Below, one piece after another: positions 27,052 through 40,385 of a stretch of DNA of 64,000 nucleotides. A model generated the notes under the pieces. It did no database searches. It was not told where the DNA came from and saw nothing but the letters and a program-made list of their open reading frames with translations. Origin of the DNA: Octopus sinensis (Eukaryota). The translations under genes were made by a program, and so were the position numbers. Position 1 is the first letter of the stretch; each line of letters starts with the position of its first letter. Location: the NCBI RefSeq assembly GCF_006345805.1, contig NC_043024.1, positions 16,988,001-17,052,000 on the forward strand. The letters run 5' to 3'.

Positions 27052-27276
27052 TATTTCTTTATTACCCACAAGGGGCTAAACACAGAGGAGACAAACAAGG
27101 GCAGACATAGGTATTAAGTCGATTACATCGACCCCAGTGAGTAACTGGTACTTAATTTATCGACCCCGAAAGGATGAAAGGCAGTCGACCTCGGCGGAAT
27201 TTGAACTCAGAACGTAGCGGCAGACGAAATACGGCTACGCATTTTGCCCGGCGTGCTAACGTTTCTGCCAGCTCGC
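27052..27276 (-). mobile_element. SINE family B, young full-length copy with extended tail
   Basis: CpG-rich, consensus-like copy with tail ...ctctgtgtttagccccttgtgggtaataaagaaat. Confidence 0.9.
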
Positions 27277-27673
27277 ATATACCTATACATATATACACAT
27301 ATACATACATATATATTTACATATATATATAGTGAAGGCACATGGCTCAGTGGTTACAGCATTGAGCTTACAATTGTGAGGTTGTGAGCTCGAGACTGAA
27401 ACAAGCAAAAGATGAAAGTTAAATAACAAAATTCAAATGTCACAACAAATTGTTTCATAACTTAAAAACATGTAAATATTTTAAAATTACCTATTGTTAA
27501 ATCAAAACTTCATCAAACTATTTCTCCGTCATTTCTGACTTTATTCATTCCTTATCTTTTCCTCTTGTATTGGTATCATGCTATGTAGTCTGTATGTTTG
27601 GTAGAATGATACATTAAGGGGCTTTTTTTTATGAGAACTACCAGAATACTTGAATCTATATATTGTAACTTAA

Positions 27674-27706
<33 letters not shown>

Positions 27707-28189
27707 GTAAATGTCCTTTGAAAATAATTTTATGGCTTCCAGTAAAACCCCAATTTAAATTCACTTTCTTTAGTCGATACAACAAATAGTGTATATGGAA
27801 AAATTAAGTAGTTCTTTTAGATTTATGTGAAGATGGCATCAATAGTTGACTTGTTTGCCCCCTATTTATGAATCTCTAATTCTTTCCGATAACGATTTAT
27901 TGCTATAATTACATGTACTTTAGGTTTTAGGCTTTGTTTATAATTCGGTTTATTTTCTGAAAATCACTCCAAAGCATGAGATATTTCATTAAGTCTTTTA
28001 GTTAAGGCTTTCTGTCATGAAACCCAGTTTTGGTGGTGTTGGTGGTGGGGAGTCTCATCTTTGGAATCTAAACTAGACTCTTGTTGTTTGTTAATGTTTT
28101 CTGGTCTTCATACAATAAATTCTGACTTAAAACTCCACCAATTTCTTCAAATTTTATCTACAATCTGTAGAAAACCATTGCAAAAGAGA

Positions 28190-28830
28190 ATGTTTCATTT
28201 TCTATCATTTGTTTCTTTTAACTGCTTTTGGATATAGTTTTCCAAATTCCCAAAAGGCATAGAAGGTTCTAATTCTTCTAGAATTCTTTAACCAACTGCT
28301 GTTCATCATAAATCACTTTAATTAATTATTCTTCTGAGACAATATATCTTGAATGTAGAAAGAAATTCCTGACAATAGGCTGTAGTAATGAAGTCCTGTT
28401 TGGTGAAATGTGAACAATTTCCGCAGGTATACATGTTTGGATTAAAGTGAAATTTGGATAATGACCAGCAGTCCACAATAATGTTTGGCAGTAGACTAGA
28501 AATATTTAACAAACCATTCAGCAAACAGATCCTGTATAACCCAGGTTTGTTGTTTCAGTTCCCATTGGAAATGCCAGCAGAATTTGGAGATGCCTTTTAG
28601 TGTTCTTTCAACAAGTTCCAAGTCTCCACTAATATTTGATATCAACAACAATATTTTCCCATTTCATTTCTCTTTTGAAATGGAAGTTTCAGAAAAAATC
28701 CATTTCGAAATCTCTCATATCCACATATTCATCTCCATTAAAAATTAGTTTTGGTTGATTTAATACTAACCTTCAAAGATCCCTTCTTCATAATCCAGGT
28801 TTTAATGCCAAAGAGAAGAATGCTTCCATC
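28190..28830 (-). pseudogene. Tigger/pogo-family transposase fragment
   Basis: Minus-strand peptides LLISNISGDLEL, QTWVIQDLFAEWFVKYF*STAKHYC, PNRTSLLQP, QEFLSTFKIYCLRR match Tigger1 DDE-region motifs (AWMT..LF..WF, PANTTSILQPMDQGVISTFKSYYLR). Confidence 0.75.
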
Positions 28831-29409
28831 CCTCTCTCTCTCTTTATATATATATATATACAGAATCCCTGAAGAAGGCGAGTCATATAACTGAAATACT
28901 TGATTAATCAATGTTGTGGAAGTTGTTACAAACACTCGAGGACTGTCCTTTGTGTATGAGGAAGTGTTTCCATACAAGAATGAATAAAAGATTTATAAAA
29001 AGGATGAAAGCAGTGAAGGGAAACATAATGATGAGCTCAGAAGAGAGAACCAGCTTTCATAGTGGTGCATTTAGGGAGAGATCTAAAATTATAATCAATA
29101 CAAAAAGTTTAACCTAAAATTGGACATAAAAACAGGAATATTATCAGAGTATGTGTAGGGGTGGGGGTGGGGGGTTAATGGAAAGGAGTTTAGTTTTTAC
29201 AGAGTTGAAAGTAATGAAAGATAGAACTCTGCCATTAGTCATCAAATGGAGATGACACTGAAGAGAACCAACTATTTCCTCATCATCTCCGTGAACACCC
29301 CCATCATCATCATCATCACCACCACCACCACCACCGCCACTCTGATCAAATAAGACTTCAAATTCAAGCAAGGAATACAAAGTGTAATCAATAAGGTCTG
29401 AAAGATCAT

Positions 29410-29895
29410 GAATGAATAATCTGAGGTGGCTGGGGCATGTCAGGAGAATGGATGACCATCGAATCCCGAAGCAACTGCTCTCTGGAGAACTGGCCCAGGG
29501 CAAGAGACCAAGAGGAAGACCAAAACTGAGGTATAAGGAGACTTGCAAAACTAGTTTGTCCAAGTGTGAGGTGGATGTCAGCACCTGGGAAAAGAGGGCA
29601 GAGGACAGAACAACATGGGGGACTGTGGTGAAGGAAGGAACTGCTTCAATAGGGAGCAGCTACAGAAACAAACAAGTTTAGAAGCATCAGTGGTGAAAGG
29701 AAAACAACAGAAATGCAGAGCACTGAGAGCCACCCTCTTGGTATTCAAGTACTGTGACAGAAGCTGCACCTCAATCATAGGAAAAATCCATGATGAAAGA
29801 AGCTGCAAGAAAGGGAGCCCCTGATATGTTCAATTAAGTGACCTCTAAGCTAAATTGACCGTCTGCATAGACGAAAAGGGCCAGAGCATCTTATA
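29410..29895 (+). mobile_element. RTE/BovB-like LINE 3' fragment
   Basis: LRWLGHVRRMDDHRIPKQLLSGELAQGKRPRGRPKLRYKE...WEKRAEDRTTW. Confidence 0.88.
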
Positions 29896-29904
29896 CAGTT
29901 CTCT

Positions 29905-30230
29905 GGATATATTACTATATCTAATAGATGTATGTAAAATATATACACACATATTTTATTTAGACACACACTTCATATATTTCCCTTGATATATATGACT
30001 GCATTTCTCAGCTGTGTGTAAAATATATACACATATTTTATCTATATATATACTCACATTTTGTTATGGTTAGCAATTATGCATTTAATGTACACACACA
30101 TATTCTATATTGACATATGAATATATTTCCTGAGATATATATTACTGTTACACACATATTTTATTCATTTCTCTAGATATATTACTATGGTTAACGGTTG
30201 TGTATAAAATATATACACACATATGCTCCC
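29905..30230. repeat. Degenerate AT-rich minisatellite
   Basis: Recurring gatatattact...tgtaaaatatatacacacatatttt units. Confidence 0.5.
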
Positions 30231-30539
30231 GTCATCTGAAATATATTGGGAATAAATCCCCAGTTGTAGAGTTTGAGCCATTATCTCTAAATAGGAATAT
30301 AAGAATATCATAGGTATTGGAATTCTTGAGAAAATTCAGTTAACTATCGAGGGAAATATATATATATATGTCTTGTTTTATTTCTGTGTCCTTTAAAATT
30401 TGCATTATTTGCTATATTAATATATTTCTACATCTGAATTTTGATTTCATTCTATATTCACTCTCTCTTTCTCTCTCTTTCTCTCTCATTCACGAGATGA
30501 AAATTAACCACATCATCATCATCATCATGTCCAACTTTA

Positions 30540-30686
30540 TCCGCTGAGTTCAAATTCCGCTGGGGTCGACTTTGCCATTCATCCTTTTGGGATTGATAAA
30601 ACAAGTACCAGCTGAGCCCTAGGGCCGATGTAATTGACTTATCCCCCCTCCTCCAAAATTGCTGCTCTTGTGGTAAAATTTGAAAC

Positions 30687-30690
<4 letters not shown>
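30540..30690 (+). mobile_element. SINE family B (5'-clipped)
   Basis: Core match. Confidence 0.75.
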
Positions 30691-30725
<35 letters not shown>

Positions 30726-31639
30726 CATTGTCATCATTCTTGTTTGACTTGAAGGCTAAAAGACATTGATTAAAATATCCTTTTTATTTATATTAATTAC
30801 CATAGATTTTCTTCGTCTCCTTCCCCTTATTCCACCTGATCATCATCATCACCTCCACCACCACCACCACCTTTATCATCATCATTATCATCATTGTTGT
30901 CATTGTCATCGTAATCATTATCAACAACAACACTGCCATCAATTTTGAGAACTTATTCAAGAGATCCATTGCAGGAGCCTCTATATGGATACTTGGCCTT
31001 CTGGAAACAGCAGCCAAATACCTTTCAAATCATATTTCGCTGTCTTAAAGAAGGAAGGAAATATTGCAATTCATAGTCCTAGATATACATTGCCTTTGAA
31101 AAAGATGGGTTGGTTAAGACATAAATACTATTGATCAGAATAAGCCTTGGGTTGAAGAACATCATCAACCACTAGTGGTTGTTCAATCTGCAAGAAATAG
31201 CAGCCAGATCCTCCTCAAATCTCATACGCTTGAAAAATAAGAGAAACATTTGTTAATAGAATACCACAATGCCCTTAAAATGTTGGCGATGGTCATCGTT
31301 GGATTACGTTTGATCATTGATTTACTCAACCAGAAGTGACCTAGGGCCAAGCAGTAGCAGCAGCAACAATAACGACTTGTGTTTTTCTTTGATTATTTTT
31401 TTGTTCTATTTACATGAGGCAGTTTTAGCATGGAACAGGGAAAGAAAAAGGAATAGTGCTGGTTCAAATCCTGCTGAGGTTGGCTTTACCTATCATGCTT
31501 TTGGGATTGATAAAGTATAGTACCAGTCATGTACTGGGGTTGATTTAATTAACTAAACATTCCCATTAAACTTGTCTGATCACACAATGTTCAAAATTGT
31601 TATATTTTTGGTATTATTATTATTATCATCATTATTTTA

Positions 31640-31860
31640 AGATGGCAAACTGGCTGAATTATGAGCATGCCGGGCAAAATGATTCGTGGCATTTCATATG
31701 TCTTTACATTCTGAGTTCAAATTCCATGGAGGTCAACTTTGCATTTTATCACTTCAAGAGTCAATGAAACAAGTACCTGTTGAATACTGGGGTCGATGGA
31801 CTCAACTTATCCCCTCCCCTAAAATTGCTGGCTTTGGACCAAAATTTAAAACCATAATTA
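31640..31860 (+). mobile_element. SINE family B
   Basis: Core match. Confidence 0.75.
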
Positions 31861-31874
31861 ATATCATTGTTTTA

Positions 31875-32535
31875 AGGCGGCAGATTGGCAAAATCATTAG
31901 CACACCTGGCAAAATGCTTAGCAGTATTTCGTCCATCTTTTCAATCATCATCATCATCATTTAACGTCCGTTTTCCATGCTAGCATGGGTTGGATGGTTT
32001 GACCGGGGTCTGGGAATCCAGGAGGCTGCACCAGGCTCCTGTCTGATTTGGCTGTGTTTCTACAGCTGGATGCCCTTCCTAATGCCAACCACTCTGTGAG
32101 TGTAGTGGGTGCTTTTTACATGCCACCAGCACAGGTGCCAGAGGAGGCTGGCAATGGCCACGATCAGTTGGTGCTTTTTACGTGCCACCGGCATGGAAGC
32201 CAGTCAAGGTGGCACTGGCATTGGCCATATTTGGATGGTGCTTTTTGGGTGCTTTTTATGTGCCACCGGTAAGGTGCCAGGGGAAGCTGGCAATGGTCAT
32301 GATCGGTTGGTGCTTTTTATGTGCCACCAGCATGGAAGCCAGTCAAGACGGCGCTGGCATTGGCCACGTTTGGTAGTGCTTTTTATGTGCTACCAGCACG
32401 TAATCCTACTGAGGTCAGCTTTGCCTTTCATCCTTTTGGGGTCGATAAATTAAGAACCAGTTGAGCACTGGGGTCGATGTAATCAACTTACTCCCTCCCC
32501 CGAAATTGCTGGCCTTGTGCCAAAATTTGAAATCA
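31875..32535 (+). mobile_element. SINE family B interrupted by an antisense RTE 3' fragment (31945-32400)
   Basis: Head at 31875-31943; core resumes at about 32408; the insert begins (CAT)n ttaacgtccg. Confidence 0.75.
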
Positions 32536-32869
32536 TTGTTATTGCTGTTGTTGTTAATACTTTGCTGTTATTCGATGGTGGATCAGTTTAATTGTTTCCT
32601 ATCAAACCTCAATCCATAATCTAAGATGTGAAGAATCTTTTGTTTCATCTCCTTTGATGCTGTTCATGTCTATTCTTACTTTTGAAGACTTTTTATTATT
32701 GTTGTTGTTGTGGCGGTGTTGGTGATGGTGGTGGCTGAGGGGGAGATAATTGTTGTTGAAACAAATAAACAAGGTTTTGGAAGTTCCAACACTTCCCCCT
32801 CAACCACCACCACTACTACTACTACTAATAATAATAATAATAATACTTCCACTTTCACTTTCACTATGT

Positions 32870-33030
32870 GGTGAGCTGCCAGAATTGTTGTTACAGCCAA
32901 CAAAAATACTCAGCAGCATTTCATCTATCTTCATATTCTGAGTTCAAATTCTGCTAAGGTCGACTTTCATCGTTTTGGGGGTTGATAAAATAAAGACTGG
33001 GGTCAGTGTAATTTCAGGCCCTGTGCCAAT
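32870..33030 (+). mobile_element. SINE family B, degraded
   Basis: Head and core match. Confidence 0.65.
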
Positions 33031-33041
33031 AGTAGAAATTA

Positions 33042-33402
33042 TTATTACCTCTGCTTTAGTGAAGGTAGAGGTATTGTTTTCAGTTGAGTTCGCTTATTTG
33101 TTTGTCTGTGGACAAGATATCTCAAGAACTGCTGCATGGATTTGGATGAAACTATCAAAGATGTTTGGCCTTGGGACTGGCACCAACTAATTAGATTTTG
33201 GGATCGATATGGTACTGGACAAGGATTCTGGATTATTTTTCAGGTTTTTTTTACTTAATTTTTGAGAGCGGTCAGGTTCGTATTTAGTATTTTCGTTTTT
33301 GAGAGCAGTCGAGTTTATTTCAGATATTCTCATTTTAAAAATCATCTTTGGCTAATCATTTAGAGGACATTGGTGTTGCCTTGGCAGAGGTTTGTGCTCT
33401 TG
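33042..33402 (+). mobile_element. Helentron-associated (HINE/DINE-like) non-autonomous element
   Basis: Starts ttattacctctgc with a 5' hairpin (acctctgctt/aaggtagaggt), then gtttgtctgt...ggatttggatgaaact; 3' subterminal inverted copy gccttggcagaggt. Confidence 0.55.
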
Positions 33403-33569
33403 TTATTATTATTTTTACTTTTAATCTGCTTGTTTGTTACAGTCACTTGCCGACACACACCCAGTGTCCTGGGGCGAGTGAAGAATAAGAGATGATACAG
33501 TATGACTGAAAGCTTGGGGAGGGGAAGTAGCAAAATATCTTCATGTAATACAACACAGACATTTAAATT

Positions 33570-33810
33570 AATAAGGTTTTTCTAAGGATGTGTGCAGTAC
33601 TTGTCAGTACAATCTTTTGGATTTCTCTGAGACAAGGTTCTCCTGTGATCTTATCTAAATGTTTCTGACATCCCTTTTTTTATCATACCTAGGGCACCTA
33701 CAATAACAGGAACAGCTCTTTCTTTAAGATGCTGCATCTTTCGTATTTCAATTTCCAGGTCGTTATATTTACTTAGTTTATCAAATTCCTTGACAGATAT
33801 TTTTTTTTAA
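33570..33810 (-). mobile_element. R4/Dong-like LINE 3' end, second family
   Basis: KEFDKLSKYNDLEIEI...VPVIVGALGMIKK...EIQKIVLTSTAHILRK. Confidence 0.8.
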
Positions 33811-33964
33811 CATCTATTTGTCTACAAGTATTTTCTTCTATGTCTCTAATAATTATATCTGATCAATTAGCCTGGATCATTCTGTCAGTTTTCACTGGAA
33901 AATCTCAGAGGATAGTGATATTTTTTCCTTCAACGATATTATTATTACTATTATTATTATTGTT

Positions 33965-34180
33965 AAGGCTGCAAGCTATCAGAATTGTTAGCATGCTGGG
34001 TGAAATGCTTAGTAGTTTTTCATCTGTTTTTACATTCTGAGTTCAAATTCTGCCAAGGTCAACTTTGCCTTATCAGGGGCAATAAATTGAGTACCTTTGT
34101 AACACTGGTGTTGATGTAATCAACTTCTCCCTTGCCCCAATATGTCTGCCCTTGTGGTAAAATTTGAAACCATTATGATT
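33965..34180 (+). mobile_element. SINE family B
   Basis: Head and core match. Confidence 0.75.
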
Positions 34181-34519
34181 ATTATTATTATTATTCTATG
34201 TTTGACTTTTGCTTTATATTTGTACAAGTTGGCTCCGAGTCTCACCCAGAGACCTCAAGAGGCAATAGGTTGGAAGTTCGTATTGTTGTTATGCCTAGTG
34301 TGCCATATATTTGGTTTTGTATTTAGTGTTGTACTAGTGAATGCCTAAAAAAAAAGAAAAAAAAAAGTTATGTTTGTTTTAAAACTTGAGGTTACATAGA
34401 AAGTATTTTGCCTAGGATATGAGCAGTTCCCATGAGCACTATCTTTTGAATTTCTGCCATTTTGGGGTTTCCTGGTATCTGAGTTAGGTAGCGATCACCC
34501 CCTTATTATTATTATTATT

Positions 34520-34995
34520 ATTCAGTAGTCTTATTTTTCCACGTGCATTCACTGCACTACCAAGCACAGCTCTGTATGCCTTGAGTATGTGCTGTGGTTT
34601 GTTCTGATGCTCTTATGGTTATTGTATTGAAAGTGTTTTACGTAGGATGTGTGCGGTACCTAGTAGTGCAATTTTCTGTATGTTATATAGATTTGTTAGT
34701 CCTGGTGTTTTTGTTATGTATTTGTCTGAATAATTTTTTATCATACCTAATGCACCTACTATGATAGGAATTGTTTCTGCTTTTAAACTCCACTTTCAAG
34801 TTACCTCTATTTCCAGTTCTTTGTATTTTGAAAGTTTCTCCATTTCTTTTAGAGAAATGTTGTCATCTGTTGGTATTGATACATCAATTAGAAAGCATTT
34901 TTTTCTTCATGATCTCTGACAACCACATCTGGCCTATTGTCCTTAATTTCTCTATCTCTGTATATTGGCATATCACATTATATTATTGCTTTCTC
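34520..34995 (-). mobile_element. R4/Dong-like LINE 3' end, third family (RLE domain)
   Basis: NRPDVVVRD...LIDVSIP...KLSKYKELEIEV...IPIIVGALGMIK...IQKIALLGTAHILRKTLSIQ* (stop at 34619-34621); abuts (TTA)n. Confidence 0.85.
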
Positions 34996-35009
34996 ATTTT
35001 CTGTGACCC

Positions 35010-35105
35010 TTCTTCTTCTTCTCTTCTTCTTCTTCTTCTTCTTCTTCTTCTTCTTCTTCTTCTCCTCCTCCTCCTCCTCCTCCTCCTCCTCCTCCTCCTC
35101 CTCCT
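35010..35105. repeat. (TCT)n(CCT)n microsatellite
   Basis: Directly visible. Confidence 0.95.
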
Positions 35106-35129
35106 ATTCTTATTCTCCACTTCCTCCTC

Positions 35130-36715
35130 CTGTTAGCCACTACACTTACATAAGAGATAATTGCTACTTTCTTCTTTCCTACAGATTCTGAGTCTGTTGA
35201 TCTTTGTCTTTATCAGATTTCTCCTAATACTTTGTTCCTGAGTGGCTATAATTAGCACTTCAGTCTCTCATTCCAGATTTCTCTCTGTCATCCGTGGTCA
35301 ACATTCTGTATTTCCATCATCCTTGGTTTGTTACATGAATTGGCCATAAAGTTCAATTTCCTTACCCCTGCTTTCTCTCTTCTTCTCTTCATCAATTTTT
35401 CTCCTGTTTCCATAACTTTTTGGACATCATTAGCTACCAACAGTATTCTTTATTCACTCCTCACTCTATAATTTTTCAACCCCAATGTCATGGTACTAAC
35501 GGTGTCTTCTGCATTTAGTAACCCTATGCCACTTTTCTTTCTTGGTAGAATGAATCTGTTAGTATTAATTTTAGGGTGGTGTGCATTGTGAACAGCTTTC
35601 TAGTTCTTCCATCCAAGATCTGTAGCTTTGTCCATTATAGAAAAGGAGCAGAGTATCTTAACACTGGCATAGTCCATGTATTTATAGCTTTAATGGTGTT
35701 CCCTCCATTTAAGTTTGTCTTGAGCATCTTCCTAATTCTCCTCTTGTACTCTTTAGAGATTTCTCTTTCCGTTACCCTATTGTCTTGCAGCATTCCTAGC
35801 TTTTTGTGTCCCTCATTACTCCGGCAATTTAATGATGTCATGATAATTTTGTACCACCAGAGTTTATCTTCTGATCTCCCTTCAGATGTACATATCCCAA
35901 ATTAGTTTTATATACTTTCAGAATACTCTTGGATCAAAGAATACAGGTCTTTCTCATTTTATCTTGTATATAGTTTGATGTCATCTGTATAAAGCAGGTG
36001 GCTTATTTTCACCATGGTTTTGGTAAACTAATAGGCAGGCCTAGATTTTCTCAGCATACTTGTACAAGGCATTGATGCAAAGATGAAGAGTAGTGGAGAG
36101 AGGGAGTCTCCCAGAAAAACGCCTGTGCATCTCTTTGTGTTTCCTAGGAATTCATTTGTGCATGTCAGCTCTACTTCCCGCACACTCATCACTTGTTCAA
36201 AAAAGTTTTTTTATCTTCTCATTGATTCCCAATGTCCCTAGACACTCCAAGAGCCAGCAGTACAAAACATTGTCTTAAGCCTTCCTATAATCTACCCAAA
36301 ACAACAGCTAAATTCTTTTATTTATTCATGCCTCATTTAGTATCCTACTATCAATATACAGCAGATCATCAGTTCTTCATGACTTCTTGTCTGCTTCTTT
36401 TTTGCAAATCTGGCAACAAATTCTCCCTTCCCAGAAAGTTATATCTACTTCATCCGCTACAAGGCCAATTAATAACTTCCAAAGTAATGATAAACATGGA
36501 ATAAATCCACAGTTGCTAATTCTCTTCAGTGTATCAACACTTTAGTCATACATGCTGGCATTCCATTTCTTGGAAGACTTTTTGGCATCATCTGGTCCAA
36601 GAGCAGTTTGTTATTCTCTTAATCATTTCTTTCACTTTTTTATCCATAATTGTTTTATTTTCCTATTTCATTCCATCTTCCATTTCTCTTTAAAATTCCC
36701 ATAATCAATCTGCAT
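35130..36715 (-). pseudogene. R4/Dong-like LINE reverse transcriptase region, degraded
   Basis: GVFLGDSLSPL, HLLYTDDIKLY, KEYKRRIRKMLKTNLNGGNTIKAINTW.MPVLRYSA. Confidence 0.85.
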
Positions 36716-36849
36716 TTATATGATGTTGGACATGTTTGCTCCAGATTTCTACCCTCAGTTTTCTTGCCACTTCAGCATTTTGCATGATTCTCTTCCTTGT
36801 TGTTCAGTTGTTTATAGAATTTTCTTTCATTGTTCTTTAAAGAGTTTAT

Positions 36850-37070
36850 TCTTATTTCTTTATTGCCCACAGGGGGCTAAACATAGAGGGGACAAACTAG
36901 GACAGACAAAGAGATTAAATCGATTAGATTGACCCCAGTGCGTAACTGGTACTTAATTTATTGACTCCGAAAGGATGAAAGGCAAAGTCGACTCATATTG
37001 TAACAGCAGACGAAATACCGCAAAGCATTTCGCCCAGTGTGCTAACGTTTCTGCCTGCTCGCAGCCTTCT
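36850..37070 (-). mobile_element. SINE family B with extended tail
   Basis: Same tail as the 27052 copy. Confidence 0.85.
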
Positions 37071-37621
37071 TTGAAGAGTCTTTTCTGCTGGTACTGATTT
37101 GTTCTCTATTGGTACGCATGTGTGTGTGTGTTTGTTTACCTGACACTTCTTTGACATTTTTGCCTTAACTCTTATTTATCTACCTGCAGTCCTTTGCGTT
37201 TCATGTACTTCCTTTATAGTTCATCCCCATGTCTTTCCTTCACCCTCTTCATTTCTATGATTGCCTGTATCCATTCAAGATCTCTCTTGAGCTGTTCAAT
37301 CTGGTTCTCATCTCAGGTATTCACTCCCACCGTGGGACTTTTTCCTTTGTTTTTCTTTGTCTTTCAATCCCCCAAATTTGCACATTGACAGAAGCTTTGC
37401 AGTATATAAGGTCGTGTATCTTCAATCTAGATTTTCTTGACAGTTCAACCATCTTTTTTACTATTTAGTTTTTCTTTTCTAATTCCTTTCAGGAGTGACA
37501 GTCTCTTGTTTTCACTATTTCATGTCTTATATATAAGGATAAGATCATTATTTAAATACCGATCTTATCAGGTGGCCAGCATGGGAATAAAAACCTTCAA
37601 AGGTAATAATTATTATTAAAA

Positions 37622-38142
37622 TTATAATTTAGGGTATCTAAGAGATACCATCACGCTGGAAATAGCAGCCAAAACTTGACTCTAAAACCACATTAAATGT
37701 TCATACAGCACCAAGAGAGAAGACAAAGAGACAAAATAAACTAGCAAAAAAGTTACTGGATAATTCCAGATCCCGGATTTCTGGCTCTGCATAAGAAATG
37801 CTCTGCCTTCATCAGTGGAATATACTCAGGTAGCACATAAATACAAATATATATATATATTTATATATATATATATATATACATACAACATATGAATACT
37901 AACATATATGAACGTATACATACATATATATGCATGTATGCACACGACCAGTTTAAATTTAAACTCTACTTATGTAGGAGCTAGAAATCCAGGATCTGGA
38001 ATTATCCAGTAATTTTTTTGCTAGCTTTTTTGTCTCTTTCTCGTCTCTCCTGGTGCTGTATGAACATTTAATGTGGTTTTAGAGTCAAGTTTTGGCTGCT
38101 ATTTCCAGCACGTTGGTATGTCTTAGATACCGTAAATTATAA
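37622..38142. mobile_element. Older fold-back element with hammerhead motif
   Basis: Inverted arms ~37622-37793 and ~37971-38142; minus-strand ATTCCA-CTGATGA-AGGC...GCCA-GAAATCC-G-GGAT-C-TGGAAT at 37762-37821. Confidence 0.8.
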
Positions 38143-38156
38143 GTTTATATACATAC

Positions 38157-38218
<62 letters not shown>

Positions 38219-38570
38219 GTGTGTGTGTGTGTGTGTGTGTATATAATGTAAACAGCATCTACAAATAATTAGCTAAATGCTTGTGTTTGCGAACAAAATA
38301 GGAAAAAGATTCAATAGACAAAGGCTGAAGTTATAGTTTTTATGGTGGCAATCTAGAACTTCACAAGTTTCACTTAATACTTTTATGTCCCTCATCTCAC
38401 CATCAATACATACATACATATATGCATGCATACATACATACATACATACATATATATTCATACACACATACTCTCATATGAATACGCATATAAACTTCCG
38501 AATATGTATAGAAATATATTTACACACACAAATGCATCCAAACACTCAAGCACATAAACATGTCCCCCCA

Positions 38571-38604
<34 letters not shown>

Positions 38605-38924
38605 CATACCGGTTATTGGTATCTAATCAAAGACTCTGACCATGTTACTGCTGTTCTTCTAATCTAACTGATACCATTATCTTTGACCACAGCATTAGAA
38701 CCTAATTTTATAAGACTGCTTCTTTTATGATTTCGGTAAAATGCCAACTAGTACTTGTACACGGAGAAACCATTCTGCGCCCTAACCCTTCCTTTTACCC
38801 TTAACGAGTGCCAATTCCAACATTATTTCTCAAGTTCAAATACAATTTTGTTTATATCTAATGTTTTTTATAGTGTTATCCACAGAGTGATTATTTATAT
38901 TGGTGTGTGTGTGTATATATGCGT

Positions 38925-39205
38925 ATATATAGGATATATGTATATATATGATATATGTATATATATGTAATATATGTATATATATATGATATATATATAT
39001 ATATATATCATATATATATGTATATATATATGATATATGATATATATATGTATATATATATGATATATGATATATATATATATATATATATGATATATAT
39101 GATATATGATATATATGATATATATATGATATATGATATATATATGATATATGATATATATATATGATATATGTATATATATATGATATATATATAATAT
39201 ATATA
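38925..39205. repeat. (ATATG)/(AT) microsatellite
   Basis: Directly visible. Confidence 0.93.
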
Positions 39206-39353
39206 TGGTGTATATACATGTGTGTATATACATATTAACACACACACACAAACACACATATATCAGATTGGAGCCTGGTGCAGCTGCTGACTTTCCAGAT
39301 CTCAGGCAAACTGTCCAACCCATGCCACATTCACACACACTTGCCTTCACTCT

Positions 39354-39408
<55 letters not shown>

Positions 39409-39629
39409 TGTATTTACATCAACTGGTTTCAGTAATGTAACTGCAGCTCATCTGAGCCATCATCTTTGAAAATGTTTTAAGTTGATTCCAGTCGTGTCTG
39501 ACTCCTATTTCATTAACCTTGGACAAGGGGCCTGGTGCAAGAACGATTTCAACTCAGAACCAAATGTAAGGAAGAACATAGTTGAGTGAGAGTGTGTGTG
39601 CTTGGAGTACTGGAATATAATCTCTGTTA

Positions 39630-40385
39630 TATGTGTGTGTGTGGTAAGAAGCTTTCTTCCCAACTACATGGTTCTGGGTTCAGTCCTACTGCATGGCACC
39701 TTGGGCAAGTGTCTTCTACTATAGCCTCGGGCTGACCAAAGCCTTGTGAGTGAATTTAGTAGAGAGAAACTGAAAGAAGCCTTTCGTATGTGTGTGTGTG
39801 TGTGTGTGTTTGTCCCCCACCCTCCCATCGCTTGACAACCTTTGTTTACATCCCTGTAACCTAGCTGTTCAGCAAAAGAGACTGATAGAATAAGTACTAG
39901 GCTTACAAAGAATAAATCCTGTGGTCAATTTGTTCAACTAAAGGTGGTGCTCCAGCATGACCACAGTCAAATGACTGAAACCAGTAAAAGAGTATATATA
40001 TGTGTGCATAGGTGTAGGCATGGCTGTGAAGTTAGAAGCTTGCTTTCTAACCACATGGTTCTGGGTTCAGTCTCACTGCATGGAATCTTAGGCAAGAGTC
40101 TTCTACTCTTGCCTCAGGCTGACCAAAGCCTTGTGAGTGGATTTGATAGATGGAAACTGAAATAAGCCTATCATATATATATATGTATGCGTGTGTGCAT
40201 TTTTGTGTTTGTTTGTCCCCTACCACCACAAGACAACCAGTGCTGGTGTGTTTACATCCCCATCCCCCAGTGGCTCAGCAGAAGAGACTATTAGCATAAG
40301 TACTAAGCTTAAAATAATAAGTCCTAGTGTCGATTTCTTAGACTAAAACCCTTCAACACAGCATGGTCGCAGTCAAAGGACTAAA
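39630..40385 (+). mobile_element. Two tandem SINE family A copies
   Basis: Copies at about 39630-39992 and 40010-40385. Confidence 0.85.

Noticed and set aside
28868-28905. CTGAAGA...GAAA next to (TA)n
   Set aside because: No consistent stems I or III.
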